Shown: positions 46,401 to 61,889 of the stretch, piece by piece
How positions within the stretch are numbered: the first letter of the stretch is position 1
How the letters are laid out: each line of letters starts with the position of its first letter
DNA from: Tubiluchus corallicola
Taxonomy: Eukaryota > Animalia > Priapulida
Direction: 5' to 3'
Assembly: GCA_030141605.1 (NCBI GenBank)
Contig: JAQGDQ010000006.1
Location: 1 to 64,000 of the forward strand
Length of the DNA stretch: 64,000 bases
Made by a program: the position numbers and the translations under genes
Notes under the pieces: model-generated
Told to the model about the DNA's origin: nothing
The model's database searches: none
Seen by the model: only the letters and a program-made list of their open reading frames with translations

Positions 46401-49400
46401 CAGCCATGTTAGCCAAACTAATCCGTGCGATGACGTCACACCCTTAATAACTTTTTAGGTCAAGGGTTAAACTAAACTATTCGAAAACACGTGTACATTG
46501 CATTATAACTGAAATCGTTCCATTCACGACCGTTTGTTATCTATCCGTGCACTTGCGTAATAATAATGTGTTTCTGAAAACCATAAACAAAGTAGTTCTG
46601 CTCTATTTAGCATTTTTATTTGACACCTATTTACAGCCCGTATAGCTTTTACAAATTCAAGGATACTGTCAAATCGCATTTTCGCTTCTGCCTCTCTCAC
46701 TTCAGTACCCTAACATTAAGTTTTACATATACCAAGCCATATACGTTAAAAAAATTTCCCAAGTTCTTTGCTATAAAAGAACTATGTTAACATTTACATT
46801 TATTTTATGCACAATTGCCCGGCCATAACTGCCGAATAATTATAGCTATAGAATCTTAAGTGTCTGCCCGAATAAGATATATTATTACTTTATGCCCTGT
46901 TGAAGTAAACAAAGCTAGTATTATACATATAATTGTTATTGCTCGCGACATTTATGAACCCTACTGGAGAAACATACAGAGTTTAGTCTGAGCGAATCAT
47001 TTGCAGATCTCACAGCGCGGAATCTTTTGTAAACAGGCGTTTAATTGTTATTATACCGTTATACAAATACGTAGGGTTTAGATGTAGCAAAGGAATGCCG
47101 GATATTGGGATATTGTCAGTTAGAAAACTGCTGTGTCCCATATTTATTGTCAGTCATGGCACATGAAAATAGCAGTTCAGCATTCACACAATAGTTTACA
47201 AGAGATTCAGAAGTTAATCTCTTTCTCGACGAATCAAAATCAATCGTATGAAAATGGCTTAGATTTTGTTTGTAATTTTGAGATTAGCTTCTTGCTGTTT
47301 GGAGTTTGCAAACACTTTCTGAACTTTAATTGGGGATTAGCCATTTCCGCGAGAATGGCCATTAGCTGTGGAATCTCTGCAATTTCGGGCGAAAGTACGA
47401 TCCAAAAAGTGCTGTTATTATTGAGGTAAATAAATCTCAACTGAGTGAATTTTACTTAATTCTCATAAATCTGTGTAGTTATAGTAGCTATGTGAGAATA
47501 CTTGTAAATTCTCACGGAAAAAGCTGGTTGAAGATCTGTCAATGTGAACTAGGAAGCAAAATTGTGTTATTTTATCTGTTTTTATTAGTTTTATCGACTT
47601 TTAACTTAGTAAATGACTTCTTCGAAATAAGTCCATGGTAACTTACTGCAACGCAAACGATACAAATTGTAATTAAGTATATCTCTTTGCTAATAACTCG
47701 TTCTCTGATTTTTATCTAGGAAAGCAAGTATAATGAGTTAGGCGTAAAAACTGTTCCCGTGACACACAGGATTGCTATCATTAACAGCTTTGTTTTTGTG
47801 TTGCTTAATGGGATAAGTTGACAAAGCCCACAACAGATAGGCTAGACTGGCTAGTAAACTGCAATTTTCGAGAGTATAATTATGCTTAATATTGCGATAT
47901 TAGATAAAAAATTATGCCAATTTTTGTATCTTATACGTGGGTCTGAAAGGAGTGATTAATATTCTGAATTACGTACAAGACAAAATGGAATGCCTTTTAA
48001 ACATAATGTACTGAATATGTACGAAAACAAGCTGGAGTTGGCTTTTGAACGCATGTTTCATTTCTAAAGGCGTATAATAATCATGAAATCAACAAATTAT
48101 TGCAATTTCTTCCTTCATGCAGTTTTCTTTGACTACCCTCGTCTTAAGGTATATTTTTTTGGCGTTAATGTTTCACTAGTTAGACTACATTGTCTGTGAT
48201 TTCAATCGAATCTAAATTTCTAGCCCTCTCCTGGTTGCACAATTTCTGATTAGTAGCTTTATGAGTCTACTATAAGATATAAGATATAAGAGAAAGTTAA
48301 ATATCTAAACATACAGTACTTAAATATCAAAATTTTAATTTAATCTTAGCTCCAAGAACATGTAAGCCGACTTTTTTGCAAATATTTGAAAGAAATAAAT
48401 GATCAAGAAAATTTCTATAATTAAATATGTAATTAAATTATACAGCTAATACAGAAACTGAAATTTAATAGACAAGCTTATATATTACAGAATTGCCAAA
48501 GAACATTCAGTGGCGTCGCTTAGTGTTAAATATTATAACTAAAGTCATAGTAACCACGTCAGACCTACAAAAAAATTATTAATTCATTACTATCAATCAT
48601 CAACGCGTTGGACAAACAGGCTATTTTGGTTAATTCACTTTTCACTTGATTACTTGCAATCGAGGACCTACAAAGTTGTTGCTCAAAAGCTCAGGGAAAA
48701 ATTTAATTGATTTTCCAAAACATAAGTGAGCCCTTGTTAACCATCTTTGCTAGCTAAAAGGTAAAGTTGAAGAAAAATCAAATTATTTCAAGTTTTTAAC
48801 AAGCACATGTCTTAAAATATCACATGTGCCTCATATATTCGTGATCAAAAATTTAGCAAGGGGCGAAATTATATTGTTGTCATGAATAAGTCGGAATAAC
48901 GGCACGATAACTGTTACACAGTGTCGCTGCGCTACCTGCAGGCGAATAAAATCGTTAAATCCCTAGACTAGTAAACCGTGTAACAAAAAATTATCTTTTT
49001 TTTGCGCACATAATGTTGATAATGCTCCGTTCCTGTAACCTTTTTAAATCTTAAAATTATCATCTTAAGTTTAAATTAAAACACAAACCCGACTTAAGTT
49101 CCCAGACGAAGGAAATACTGGTTGAAACCAGGTCGGCAAAAATGTATATTCAAAGTCGTTGTTTAAAAATGCAGATGCTTTTAGGTCTTTAGCCACTTTA
49201 AATTGTTAGGTCTTTAATCACTAGATATAGGTTTTCTGGCATTATTTCATTACAGTAGTTTAGAATATTTATTTTTATTATTTAGTCATTTACTTTACAC
49301 ACCAATTTAGTGAAAATAAACAGCTCAATCTAATGGTTTAAATGTACGATATCAATACCCATTTTTAGCTAACTGTTCTGCACATATTCTATTATGGAAT

Positions 49401-52400
49401 ATATGGTATATAATCTTACAATTTACAAAGATATCTATACTGTCGAATTATAAATACGACTAGTAATTTCACTAATATTTCTCAGGCAACAGAACTCCAG
49501 TTAATTACCTGATACATCAACAGTGCAACAGTGAGAAATTCGAGAAAGGTTATGGCAGAAAAGCGTTCGTGTAGTTTAATTAATAGCAAGAATACTACGA
49601 CTACAGTCATTTATGATGCTGAGCCGTTAATCTGATTATAGCAGACTTGAGCTCAGGATTAGTCGTCATTGTATATTATGTACTAATAAAATAAGCCCAA
49701 CAGTGCTGTCCTGAATCAAGTTTATACATACACAGGCAAACTAGTGTACCGTAGTCTGTACAAGGTAATAATTAAAAGTTAAGCACACAAAATAATAGAA
49801 TTAATGTCTAGAGTATGTCACAGTCATATTATGATATTTTATTTATAAGTTTCATAAAAAATTTCATACAGTAAGTTTTAATATTTTATTAAGAGTGACC
49901 CAATTTCGATCTTTTCAATCATGTAGTATAGTATGTTACTCATTTTAATGTGCTGCAAAGAAAATAAATTAATGTTAGCATCATTTTACTGCACTACTTT
50001 GATTTGTTACTAAATAAATCATTCTTTGCTTACATCTGTTTATAGTTTCTCAGTAAATGCATGCATTTTTGGAATAGGAATTTTCTAAATCTGCGTAATA
50101 TCAACGGGAGGCTTGTGGCGCTGATATAATTTAACAATTAATAAATTAGTGTAGCATCACTTTATTGAACAAACTGTCGACTTTTGGTGTGTTGGCACTG
50201 TATGCACCTAGATAGCTGCGCCCAGGAAAGTCAACCTAAGCGTCGATTACACGTACTTCTTAACCTTACATACTAAAAAATGAAGGGGGAAGGAAAATGA
50301 AGAATTAAAAAGAAGCGGTAATATTTGATACACATTAATATACGTTAATATAGTAAATAAAACTTGCGATGCTAGGCTTTATCTCATTTAATGATGCATA
50401 AATGAAAGGTATCTCTAAATAAATCTGTTAACTACACTCTTATGTTATTAGCATTTCATTACGGTTTTTACCGTTATAGATATACATCTTCGTTTTTTTA
50501 ATTGTCATTACTGCAATTATTCATAATCACGAACGTATAGTGTCCATAGCATAACAAAAACCCCAACAAACATGAACACGTTGTCTATTTTCCGTGTATT
50601 AAGCGGAGACATTTCAACAAATTCCAAGTTTTTTCTCTAATCTTCAACATATTTCAGAGTTTCTAGTTTAGAAAGCACTTAGTCGTTGAGCAACTACATG
50701 ATGCGCCTTCTCGCAATGATAAAGTGAATAGCTGAACCCTGGGCTTTTGATGTGAGGACATCAATCTAAGCTTTTAAACTGAATGTCAGCGCGCGAGGTT
50801 CCCGTACAAAACTGATCAATGGACTCTTAGTAATGCTCTTCATATTCCCAAGATAATTTACAGGATAAGAGTAAACGGGATCAAATTCTCTTTGCTGTAA
50901 GTTGGATTAAACACTGCTGAAAGGTGCACAGTGTCACGGATTAAAGATACACGAATAGAAATAGCTCATACACGCTTTTTATATTGATGTGTGTGCCATT
51001 TTCTCGTAAAAGCATGGTAAACAAATTTATTGCCACTTAGAATTTTTAGTTTAACGCAGCTTAGGTTTAACTTAGCATAGCTTAGCTTTAGCTGGAATTG
51101 GGAATAATATGTAACAGCCTTTACATACAACCTGGTTCATTGGCTGTCAGTGTAATTACTGCCTATTATATATTGCCGGCTTTGATAGGTAAGGTAATTT
51201 TCGCGAAAAATCCTGAAAATAAGTATAGCCGATGTCTTAATTAGCTCGAGCTAATTAAATTGGCTAGTGTGCAGATGAATACTCTTACAATGTATAAGAA
51301 GATAATGCATCAGCATGTAATGCTAATAGATGTTAATTACATTAATTATCAACCGAGTATCTTGCGGGAGTATTAAGCTTCTAAGAAATGCCTAATATAT
51401 TCTGCACATGATTACAAATGTAGACACTGCACATGATTACGAATGTAGACAATCTAAGGAACTAGGAAAATTCGTAAGCAAAGATGAACCCTTAGGTTTA
51501 TCTTAAACCTAATTTTTGCCAATACGGGCATTGATATTAGGGTTTAAAATATGGTGTCTTATGAATTATGATAAAAAGGAAAGAGCGTATGCGTTGTTGT
51601 ACACGCATGTACATGAAATTTTTCCGAAAACTGCACTATCTAAAGTTTCCTAAATTAAAAATTATTTATCTAAAGAGAACATGTATGTGTTTATGGGGTT
51701 TCGTAGCATGACACTGGGAAATAAAAACCTTTTTCGGATAACAACGTAAGGTAAAAGAATTCTATAGTAAAGTTTCATTTGCCTTTTTCAAACAAATGAA
51801 GCGCCAGTTATGTGGCTAAGCCTCAACTACAGATAAGCGCAGTAAAGGCGGTATGTAATGTCAGTATGTCTCATGTTTTTCCATGTCTTCTGTGGTATTC
51901 TCTGATTACTTGAATGAGGAAACATCCAATTTCAATCGTGTTCAGTCGAGGACCAGATTAAGGGAGTAGATTTCTAGATATAGCCTTCAGCGCGCTGTTG
52001 TTACAGATGAACCAGAGTGTATGTCTACATTTCATAACCCTTCTTAATGAAAGAACGTTTGGCGCATGGCAAGATGGCAACAATTTAGAACAGTAATTAA
52101 CTAAATATATATAGATAAAACTGGCACATTAACTAACAACAGAACTTAATAATTGTATTTTGGTGAGTTACTGAATTCTGGCGAATTTTAGATTGGTTTA
52201 GATTGGATGACTTGGTTTTGATGAATCTTGGAAACAAGCAGTGATAGAAACCTAATACATTACTTGTTGTAAACGAAGGACGGTAAAAACTGATTTTTAC
52301 TATTTTGGTCTACTATTTCAGCTGAAAGAGCTTGAAATTTGTAGAGTTTCAAATATGTTGTGATCAAATGGGAATGCATTATGCTATGACGATATCAAAA

Positions 52401-55400
52401 ATCAATTATGAAACACAAAACAAACCGAAGCTGTGTGAGAGTGTGGCAGTTTTCATTTAGAATAGCTGAGGAACTCTAAATGTATTCCAATCCACAAGTT
52501 CAACATCAGTGAATAAAAGCGCTTGAATTGTTCTACAAAAATCTTTACAATGAGAAAAATTGCTTATGCGAGTTGACATATTGTAAGTCAATCAGCAGTT
52601 TGATGTTGTAAAAAATTTTCTCGAAAGCAAATGTGCAGTACGATGCGATACGACATTACCGTACAGCACGGTACGATACGATAAAACGCAACATAATAGC
52701 AAACACAACACGACAAAATAGTTTAAATAGCGTGCAAGTGCTGTAATCCACAATACACCTACAAGCTTATGTGAACAAATTTCCACAAAACAGAAGAAAC
52801 GAAAATTTAAATGCATGAAAACAGTTTGCACATAGGCAGGTTTTATGACTGTTCATTCACAATGGCTGCCTATTAACGAGGTTGCCGTATCTTAACAGTG
52901 ATTTCTGATTTTAAACGAACCTGAAACCCATTGTGAAGCCGATACATTATTGTTCCATTGCTAGGCAGAAGCCTACAGAAATTTTATATTCGCTTGAGCA
53001 GAAACTGATGTTCAAGCGATTCGATATTAGAAATTTTAAAGGTTTTGACGCGCTGAACACGAAAAGTTAACTAAGGAAACCATTGTTGCAGCACGAGAGA
53101 TTCGTGAATGGGTTTCACAGCTGCGGCTAGCGTAACTTTTCCCATCAGCATTATAAATTCAATATTTTAATGAGTTGAAAGTCAGTTTTAATCAATTCGC
53201 TGCCACAATAAAAGCGTAAAATGCGAAGCGATGAAAAGAAATGAGTATTTAGAAGCCATTATAGACTATTATGGCTCCTTATATGGCGAATTGTATTTTA
53301 GAACAAGCAGAGATGCCGTAGCCATGGCATGCGTCTAGCAAAAATTCTGAATTATTTCGGAAAAGTTTTGCAGATAAACAGATTGACACACGTTCAACTC
53401 TAGTAATTCAATAGCTGTTAATTTTGGTCAAAACCATTCGTCCAGAGTTCGTTTAATTATGCTAAGGCGACACTCCCGACTTTTAGTACGAGATTTTTAT
53501 TTTTCACAGTCTTAATTCTTATTGAATGATAATTATAACAACTTCGAGTTGTTGAATAGCAGTTGTGCATGTGTTCTATCACCATTTGCTGTAGAATTTA
53601 TTCTACTTGTTATAATCCAATTATAGACATCTAAATCCCTATTTACTCTGGTGGTAAAAATTGCAGCAATCTACTGTGTTTCACTCATTGTCATAAAAAC
53701 CTCAGCCTACACAGTAGATCATTTTTAAAAAATGAAGCAGTTTATTGAACTTCTAGATTGCACGCTATTAATAAACATCTTATCATGTATCTTTCTTGAC
53801 CAACTGAAGTTACAGGCTTTACAGAAATTCAGTAGTAATAACATGACTACAAACATTTATTGTTATTAGACAGTTGTAATAGGTACATTATATTACTTGC
53901 CTGCTGACCATAAAATATAGGGTGATTATACACTACAGATTACAAGTTAAACCAAAATCAAAGTCTACTTGGCTTCTTTGATAGCAGAATGAAGATTATT
54001 TGCTTACAGAAAACTATGTTATAATTTTCTCTATTTTAACTTAGAAAAAAAGCATGAAATTAACAATCTAATTACTCTGATTAATGAATATCTATAAAAG
54101 CAAAAGGAAACAATATTTAGAAACAAAATCAATTAGTCTCTGACAAACTTTGTACAATCGGAGTAAAAAACGACTGTAGATGGCAGCATAGACCAATTCA
54201 GTACTTTAGTGTAGTAGACTGACAATTAAATGGGTCACATAATACTACAATCGCATACTTGGTACAATAACCGACAGTTGCAATTTAACAAAAAGTTGTA
54301 GCCTAAATAGAAAAATCTTTTTTGGTGACTGATATGGTTACTGGTTTCACATTAGGAAATAAAACAAAAACAAAGAATTGATTTTCAAATTCGACAGTCT
54401 TCATTTGATCGTTACCAATCTGCTGAATCAGAAAAACTTTTGAAATTTAAACATAAAAATTAAAAGTACTTTCTCCTTATTTCAATTGTACTACCTATTC
54501 TCTTGTTATGTCACTATACAGCAGTCATTCACTCTTTAATATTTTACAAATTAAAATTATTTTTTAATCTGAAGTAACTTACTGGATGAATCGATTTCCA
54601 CATAAAAAATACAGGCCACAGGCTCGCAAGTCTTGCAAAACGATAACAGCAATTCGGCATAAGCTCATTAACTAATCGAAAAACTGATGTTTCATTTACC
54701 TACAATCTTCGAGTTTTAAGCCTCATAATGACTGTCAGATGCAGAGGCAGTTGCCATAATTAACATGCAATCTTCGCCAGGCATCAGGATAATGTTAATT
54801 AAAAATCCTTGCACGAAGCAACGTTAGATTATTTCGAAAAACAAAGAAGGCTGAAAGACTCTGTGTTGCGGATAGATTACAAAATCGACAAGATTGTTAA
54901 TAGAGCAACATGCACACACGTGAAAGATGATGTTGCTGTTAGCGTTACACATCGATGTTAGTGCGTTTCAATAAGATTGTAAAGTCATATTAATAAAAGT
55001 GCTTGCAATAATAGAACACATACAGGGGGAGGGGGGGGATATTAAATTAATCTTAACATTTCACACACTGGCACCCGCGCAAGCTGTTAATGTAAGTTTC
55101 ATGACCTGTCCTAAGCATCCTGACAAACTTAATTCATTCTTAATCATGTCAAATTCTGGTTTCAATTCTACTCAGTATTAGAGATTAAATACGCATTAAA
55201 ATTTACAAGTGTATGACATTCTTTTCAATGTGGTTTTAGTGCCTGAACTATTACACTGCCAAAACATTTGACTTTTCGTGAACTTAAAAGAACAAAAAAT
55301 AATTTTCCCCACTCTGCCGGCTTTCGCAACGACAGACGTTCATTATGCTCAAATATCCACTACATCTTGCTCAAGCTCACATACTCCGGTCTTTAGAGCC

Positions 55401-57169
55401 CCGCATGCCAATTGCACTTTCCCAAGAAAGAAATTCTGGTCTACTCTAGGAAATATACGAAATGTAAATAATATAACATTCGCTTGACTAAATAATTTAA
55501 CGCTTTTGTATGAACTGGCACTGCTAAACAACATTTGTATTTAGATTTCGAGTTTTATAACTGCATGAGTGTTTCCATTCATTCACTTGTTATGCAGTTT
55601 TGTTCTTAAGGTAATATATACTAACGTAATTATTATACTGCTAATGAGAATGAGCTAAAATTTTATCTTACGCAAAGCAAAATCCAGAACATAAGGGGAT
55701 GTATCGTTTCAAGGGGAAAATGGTTTTTCTCTACTTGATGTCAGAATACTTAATGCATAGCCTAATGAATAGCTAAAATTCGTCAAAACTACTTGGACTT
55801 ATACGATAATAATTGGAGAATTTACTCAGTTGGGCCCATAAGACGGTATTTTTTCATCAACCAATGGTTAGTTGTTACATTAGTCCAGTGCTTTTTGCAA
55901 ATTTATTTCTCTTTTTGGGAAGTAAGAGTGCGCAAACGCAAGCAACTTGCTTGAATTACGTACTCTATAGTTGCCAATTGCTAAATTAAAATTTGCTTGT
56001 CTGCGCGCCCGATTTTTCTGCGCGAAGAAATTGCAGCAATTTTTAGTTGAGCTATCAAAAGTTGTGCAACTAAAAACTGCAGGTCTATTCGGTATCTAAT
56101 AACCAAACAGTTTGTCTTTCGAACCACAGACGTACAGTTGTCTATCTTAACGGGGGCCTATATTTACCCAGTAAAGCCTTTTTACAGAATAGCTGATTAC
56201 AATGTTTTAATTTCTAAGAAATGACAATGGCATTGACAGCTGTTAGCATATACTAGCTGGAAGGCAAAATGATGATGAATCATTTTCCAATACTGCTTAA
56301 CAATCGCGTCATTTTCTTCTGCGTGTATAACCAACGATTTTCAATAATTAAGCGTTGAAGTGGCCCACTTAACTTTATGAAAAATTACCCCTATGACCAA
56401 CTGACAATGGAAAGAATGTCATAGACGACCTACTGACATTCGGACATAGGGACATATCAACTGGCCACTGAAGGTTTTTTGTATTGGTATAAGTGATGGA
56501 ATTAGCTTCTTACAGATGTGTTGCTTTAGGGTACATGTTGTCTACGTAAAATCGTAAATGAACGCAGTAAACCTTGACACCCCTCACTGCGAATGCTAAG
56601 GTCGTGTGTCCCGACTTTGCAGGCATCAGTATGGACACGAGGAAAGGGAGAAATCTCTAACGTCCGTGCTTGTCCAATTTCAGTGTCACTTTTAACACTG
56701 CGTGAAGAACTTTCGTGAAGAATTTTGGAGATTTTATAAAGTCTTTCAATATTATTACTATCACAGATTGTTCTCATTTATTTCACAGATCACTATGCAT
56801 TTCTATAAACTTAATATTCATTCTCAATTTAGTATCCAAAAGTGGTTTAATCTACAACCAAAGAGAAACAGTTGCTTTCAATTACATACTGGCACTACCG
56901 CTCACATGCTCGTTCTGCTTTGTTACCTGGCTTCTATGCTATCTGTGTCAGACTCATTCTTTAGTTCTAAACTTCATCGGAAACATTCGCTGCACTACTT
57001 TCTCACGAAGCGGTAACACTCATACCCCTTCACGTTGTTAGCCACAACACTGGTGCCAACCACCTACAAATTATGCTGTGCTTTATCTTAAACATGGCAA
57101 AAGCTTGAAAGGCTAGGTGATGTGAATCGATGTGGTTTTTAAACCGATTTATGTGCGATGTAAAAATTT

Positions 57170-57410
57170 CAGTACAAATTTGATGAAGTTCGGCCGTGGG
57201 GAAATCAGGATGATGCTGTCCTTCAGTAGCGGCCATGCTTAGTAGGCTTAGTCTTGATCTCATCTGGTTTCGATCAGCCAAATTTAATTAGATATAACGT
57301 GTTTTGTTGAAACAAAAATCCACGCAATTCACTATCTCTTTTTTAAATAGAAACTGAAATTGGCGAGATACAACTCTCGGAATCTTAATTAATTTAGCGC
57401 AACATAATTA
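57170..57410 (-). pseudogene. Decayed hAT transposase C-terminal (dimerisation-region) relic
   Basis: Across frameshifts: AKLIKIPRVVS..SELRGF..LYLIK..DRNQMRSRLSLLSMAATEG..DF, reminiscent of hAT C-termini (ERGFS..IKT..RN.L..LM.I..EG). Confidence 0.4.
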
Positions 57411-58016
57411 AACGGCCTGCAAAATTTCAGGTTTTCAGGTAATACACTTTTACTTTTCTAAGGACATTAGTCAGCGTACGTCTCAAGCTGGACTTCAGGT
57501 TGCAACATTCATGCAAATGAAAAATTGTTAACAGGTCTTTCAGGAAGATAGACTTCTCACTCATTTTTTCATAAATCACACAAAGTCATTCAATTATTTT
57601 TTATTTTAAATTTCGATGGAATTCAATTAAATTTAAAGAAATTTAAATGTTGTGATTACATTTGTATAGCAATCAACTCTTCGATAAATCTTCATTCCAT
57701 ATAAACGGCTTTGCGAACGACGTCATGAATTCGCAACTATATCTTATTGCGGCCAGAGACTGAAAAAAATTCTTGCAAACTTGCAAACATATTCTCTCAT
57801 ATTCTAGGGTACCCTTGTTTGCCATTATTGGTTGCTTATAACTCACTAAAAATTTAAAACAGACATCTACTGGGAGAGAATTTCCTGCACGGCTTTTCTT
57901 TTTTGTATGGCTAATGGAAGCTTTAACGAGAAACGCAGCGGATGCTTTGCCTACACAAATGCACGGAAGGGAAGGTCTAATTTTCTCGCTTCAACTAAAG
58001 CGTGGGTGTTATATTC

Positions 58017-58145
<129 letters not shown>

Positions 58146-59844
58146 GGTTTCTGCCTATGTAATTGGAAAAAACGCGTACGCATACTGTCATGCGTTACAA
58201 AAAAGCTAATAAGGGGTAACGTTTACTGCGCATTAGTACTACTCATTACTGAGCCAACCTAGGCTCCCCGATTTCTTCTAGGAAATGCCTACAAGACTTG
58301 ATTTCATCTTTTTAAAATGAGTTATTACCAATCATTGTTGCTGCTATGCCTCATGCAAACAGAATCATTTTCGTTTATACTCATCATTTGTTGAGAAAAA
58401 TGAGATGTGCGCAGTGCGCTTGAAATCGAAAATTTAATATTCCTTGCTCTTGTATCTTCTATTCTTCCAAAATAAAAATTGACGTAGGAAAAGCCAATGC
58501 CGCGGTATGATAATGTATTGCTTTGTCATTAAGTTATTGGAATTTCACTAGTCGAAAAAAGAAAAGAAAAATGCATTTATGATGAACGCCACTTTGTTTT
58601 GTCAGAATTTCATTTTATAAATGACCGCAATACTAACAGCATATCCTCAAGCAATCATTAGTATCTCCTGTTTTGCATGTAAACTGGCCAATGTCAAATC
58701 TACCAAATTTCATTAACCTAAATTACGTCCCTCTGTCATTTGGATGAATTAGTTTTATATTAGAAACCTAATTCAAGCCACTTGGATATCTATTAAAACG
58801 TCTCAGTTTGAGTGGGATAAGAGGGTTTGTAAACAAAAAAAATCGAATGCAAATGACTTACTCAGTATTTTTTTATAATTAGGCAAACCTGTTGATGTGA
58901 AGCTTAGTATATACCAATAACATATACCAATTATTGGCAGTTGCATTTATTCGCATACAACTTATTACAGCAAGGAATTCCAAACTATGCCTAGTTGCCT
59001 ATGTCATTCTTCCCATCATTTTGGTGACACACTTTTATTACTATTAAGGTGACGCCCTTTGAGCATCAGGAGCTAGTAACCTTCGAATTGATGAAGTTAT
59101 TTGGCTGTAATTATTGTCGCTTTTTGTAAAACTTCATCCCCAAATTTAATAGTAAATTTTTGGCTATCCCGGCAGTGCCTGTAAAAGATGTAGGAAGAAT
59201 TTTTGTCTTCACTTTTGTAACTCTACATCACCACGCCTGTACGTTAGCAAGGTGTTTAAAATATGTTATGTTACATGTTTTTAACCTATTCCTCCTAAGC
59301 CACGCTTAACAGCACATTAAATGCCACATTTTATCCAATGTAACCAGGCTCAAGGTACAATAAATAGGCCTAAAAGCAAAATTACACTACTTGTATTATA
59401 AAGCAGAAAACACCAAACATTTTGAGTAGTGCATATCAGTTCAAAAGAAGCTAATAATTATTATTGAGTAATCCTAAACGTAAAACCCAAATGACCGTAA
59501 TTTTCGTGTTATTTTGTGAGATCCTCTTTTGCAAATGTAACTACACATAAAACGTATAAAGAAGGTAATTTGCAAGAAGAAGTTTCGCTTCGAAGATCAG
59601 AGCTCTGCTTAATTTCCCCGATGTTTTAAACTGCAATAAGGATCATTCTAAGTTACGTGAAGAACACATAAATTTGCTTGATAAAATCGTATGTTTGCGG
59701 GTAATTGTAACAATGAGGCATAAGATATTCAGAAATAGCGCAAAATAATCCTAATCTAGGAATAACTCATCAAACAGGCAACATAGCAGTGGATTACAGG
59801 TAGAGGTCAACTATAATAGTCTTAACTACATAACCACACGTACT

Positions 59845-59940
59845 GTCGTCATCATCATCATCGTCACCAACATTTTCATCGTCATTGTCATCATCATCAT
59901 CACCCTCATCCTCCTCATCCTCATTATTATCATCAACAAC
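59845..59940. repeat. Degenerate (TCA)n trinucleotide tract
   Basis: Direct reading. Confidence 0.8.
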
Positions 59941-61684
59941 TGACACACTTACTTTACGAGTCTTTAAGCCATGGTGCAAATAGGAACAGAGTCACCACTC
60001 CCACCAGTTTTGAAAATGTACCATATACTGGGATTTTCAACATTAGCGCGACAATAGGCAAAACTGTTAGACTCCAAATAACTTTAAATCATCAAACAGT
60101 GGAGTTGATAGTATAACTGAGTATTGGTAAATGAATTCGCTTGTTTTTAATTCAGCGAGGAGACGCAGGGATTTCGCAGGGATTCTGAACAATCATCCAA
60201 TAAGACTGATAGAAATCTCGTCATTAAAGTGTTCATTTTACTCCACTGCTGGCTGAGGTTCTCAGATTCTGGATCGCCTGAAAGCTCTAAAGATCAGTTC
60301 CGCGGTTTATATTATTGCAGTTATATATTTTCCTGCACAATCAAAGTAGCAAGAAAAAGCTCCACGTTATAGCCAATTCTGTTCAAATACGTGCAAGCGC
60401 AATTTTGAACTGGAAGTCGTAAAGTTAAGCCAATGACCACTAACTGTGCCGACGCAAATGAGCTTGAATTCTGAATTTACGTTCTGCGAGAAGGTTCCAT
60501 GTAACAAAAACTCAGCAATTAGTCTGTATAAAAAGAATAAAAAGGTTGAATACAATTTTCAACTCAGAAAGAAATGTATTTTTATAAGACAGCCACTTTC
60601 CTTTAATATGTGAATCTATAAGAGCTTAGATTAAATAGGTGCTTGTTGTTATTTTGTTTAGTTTTTTAGATCTCAGTCACGACAGAAGAAATTAACGGAG
60701 CTCTATTACTGTGAAAGAAACCGCTGCTGAAGATGATAAGTATTACCTATACAAACTGTTGAGAACTTCTAAAAGAATGAGGCTTAAAAAGTTGAAAGTA
60801 TTCAGTTTGCTAGAAAAAAGTGCCTCTGTTCATTACATGACATTTGTAAAAGAGAAAATGCATTAGCACTAATGTAGTCTGACAATTTCATTGAGCCTTT
60901 TTGTTCGAGGTAAAAGTATCATGCAGGCAAAAACAGGTCTAAAATGAATGCAATTTAAAAGCTAAAGGAGCTACTACAACGACAAAATGTCACCGTGTCG
61001 AAATGGCAGCGGAAGTTAACGAAGAACAAGAAACAAACAGGAAATTATAACGAAAGTGGTAACACCTTGCTATATCGAACATCAATGGCTTCAGTGTCGT
61101 GATTTCAGATAAATCTTTAAAATCTCCAACTTCTACATGAAGCACACCAAAAACTCTTGTAGTGTATTAACACTCTTGACAAAGTTTTTTTTTTTCAATT
61201 CAAAATTGTTTTTGTCCTATGAAATTGTCTTTCATTATCATTTCATTTCTCGCCTCATTTTCCCCTCTAATATACGTTTTGTATACATAGTTTTTGAAGA
61301 GAGGAAGGTAGATATAAACCATACACTGCACGCCGATATGTGAAATGTAACCTTCAATATTTGTTGAATTCATTAGATTATTAAGTATAAAAGCTAAGTA
61401 TATTTTCTCTCACTGAACATTGCACTGAGGCAAGAGAGTAATGTTTCGTTTTACTACTAAGCATGCTTAAATTTTGTTACTTCTAGGTTAAAAGCTATTG
61501 TGGAGGAAGCTGTTCTTTTTCTATCTAATAGCTCTCCCGTTCACACAATATTGAATAAAAGATGATGCCAAAAATCAATTCAATTCAACAAAAATTAATT
61601 CAACTTTATTTTTAATGCAGCTTTACCGTATTCATTTCTTTGCAAATGAATTTGATATTTAAACGTGTGTTTCATGTACTGTAG

Positions 61685-61889
61685 GAAATCTGGAAAAAAT
61701 TAGGAATAGAAATAATAATATAATATATATATATATATATTAAAATATATATATAAGATATATAGATATATAGATATATAGATATAATATATATATTATA
61801 TATTAAAACTTAGAAATGTCCGAGCGACATGAATCTCTCGTAGCTTAGGCCTAAATAAGAATTTCTATTCCTAATTTTTTCCAGATTTC
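61685..61889. mobile_element. 205-bp MITE-like element: perfect 29-bp inverted repeat around a TA-rich centre
   Basis: gaaatctggaaaaaattaggaatagaaat (61685-61713) is the exact reverse complement of 61861-61889; no TSD seen. Confidence 0.7.
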
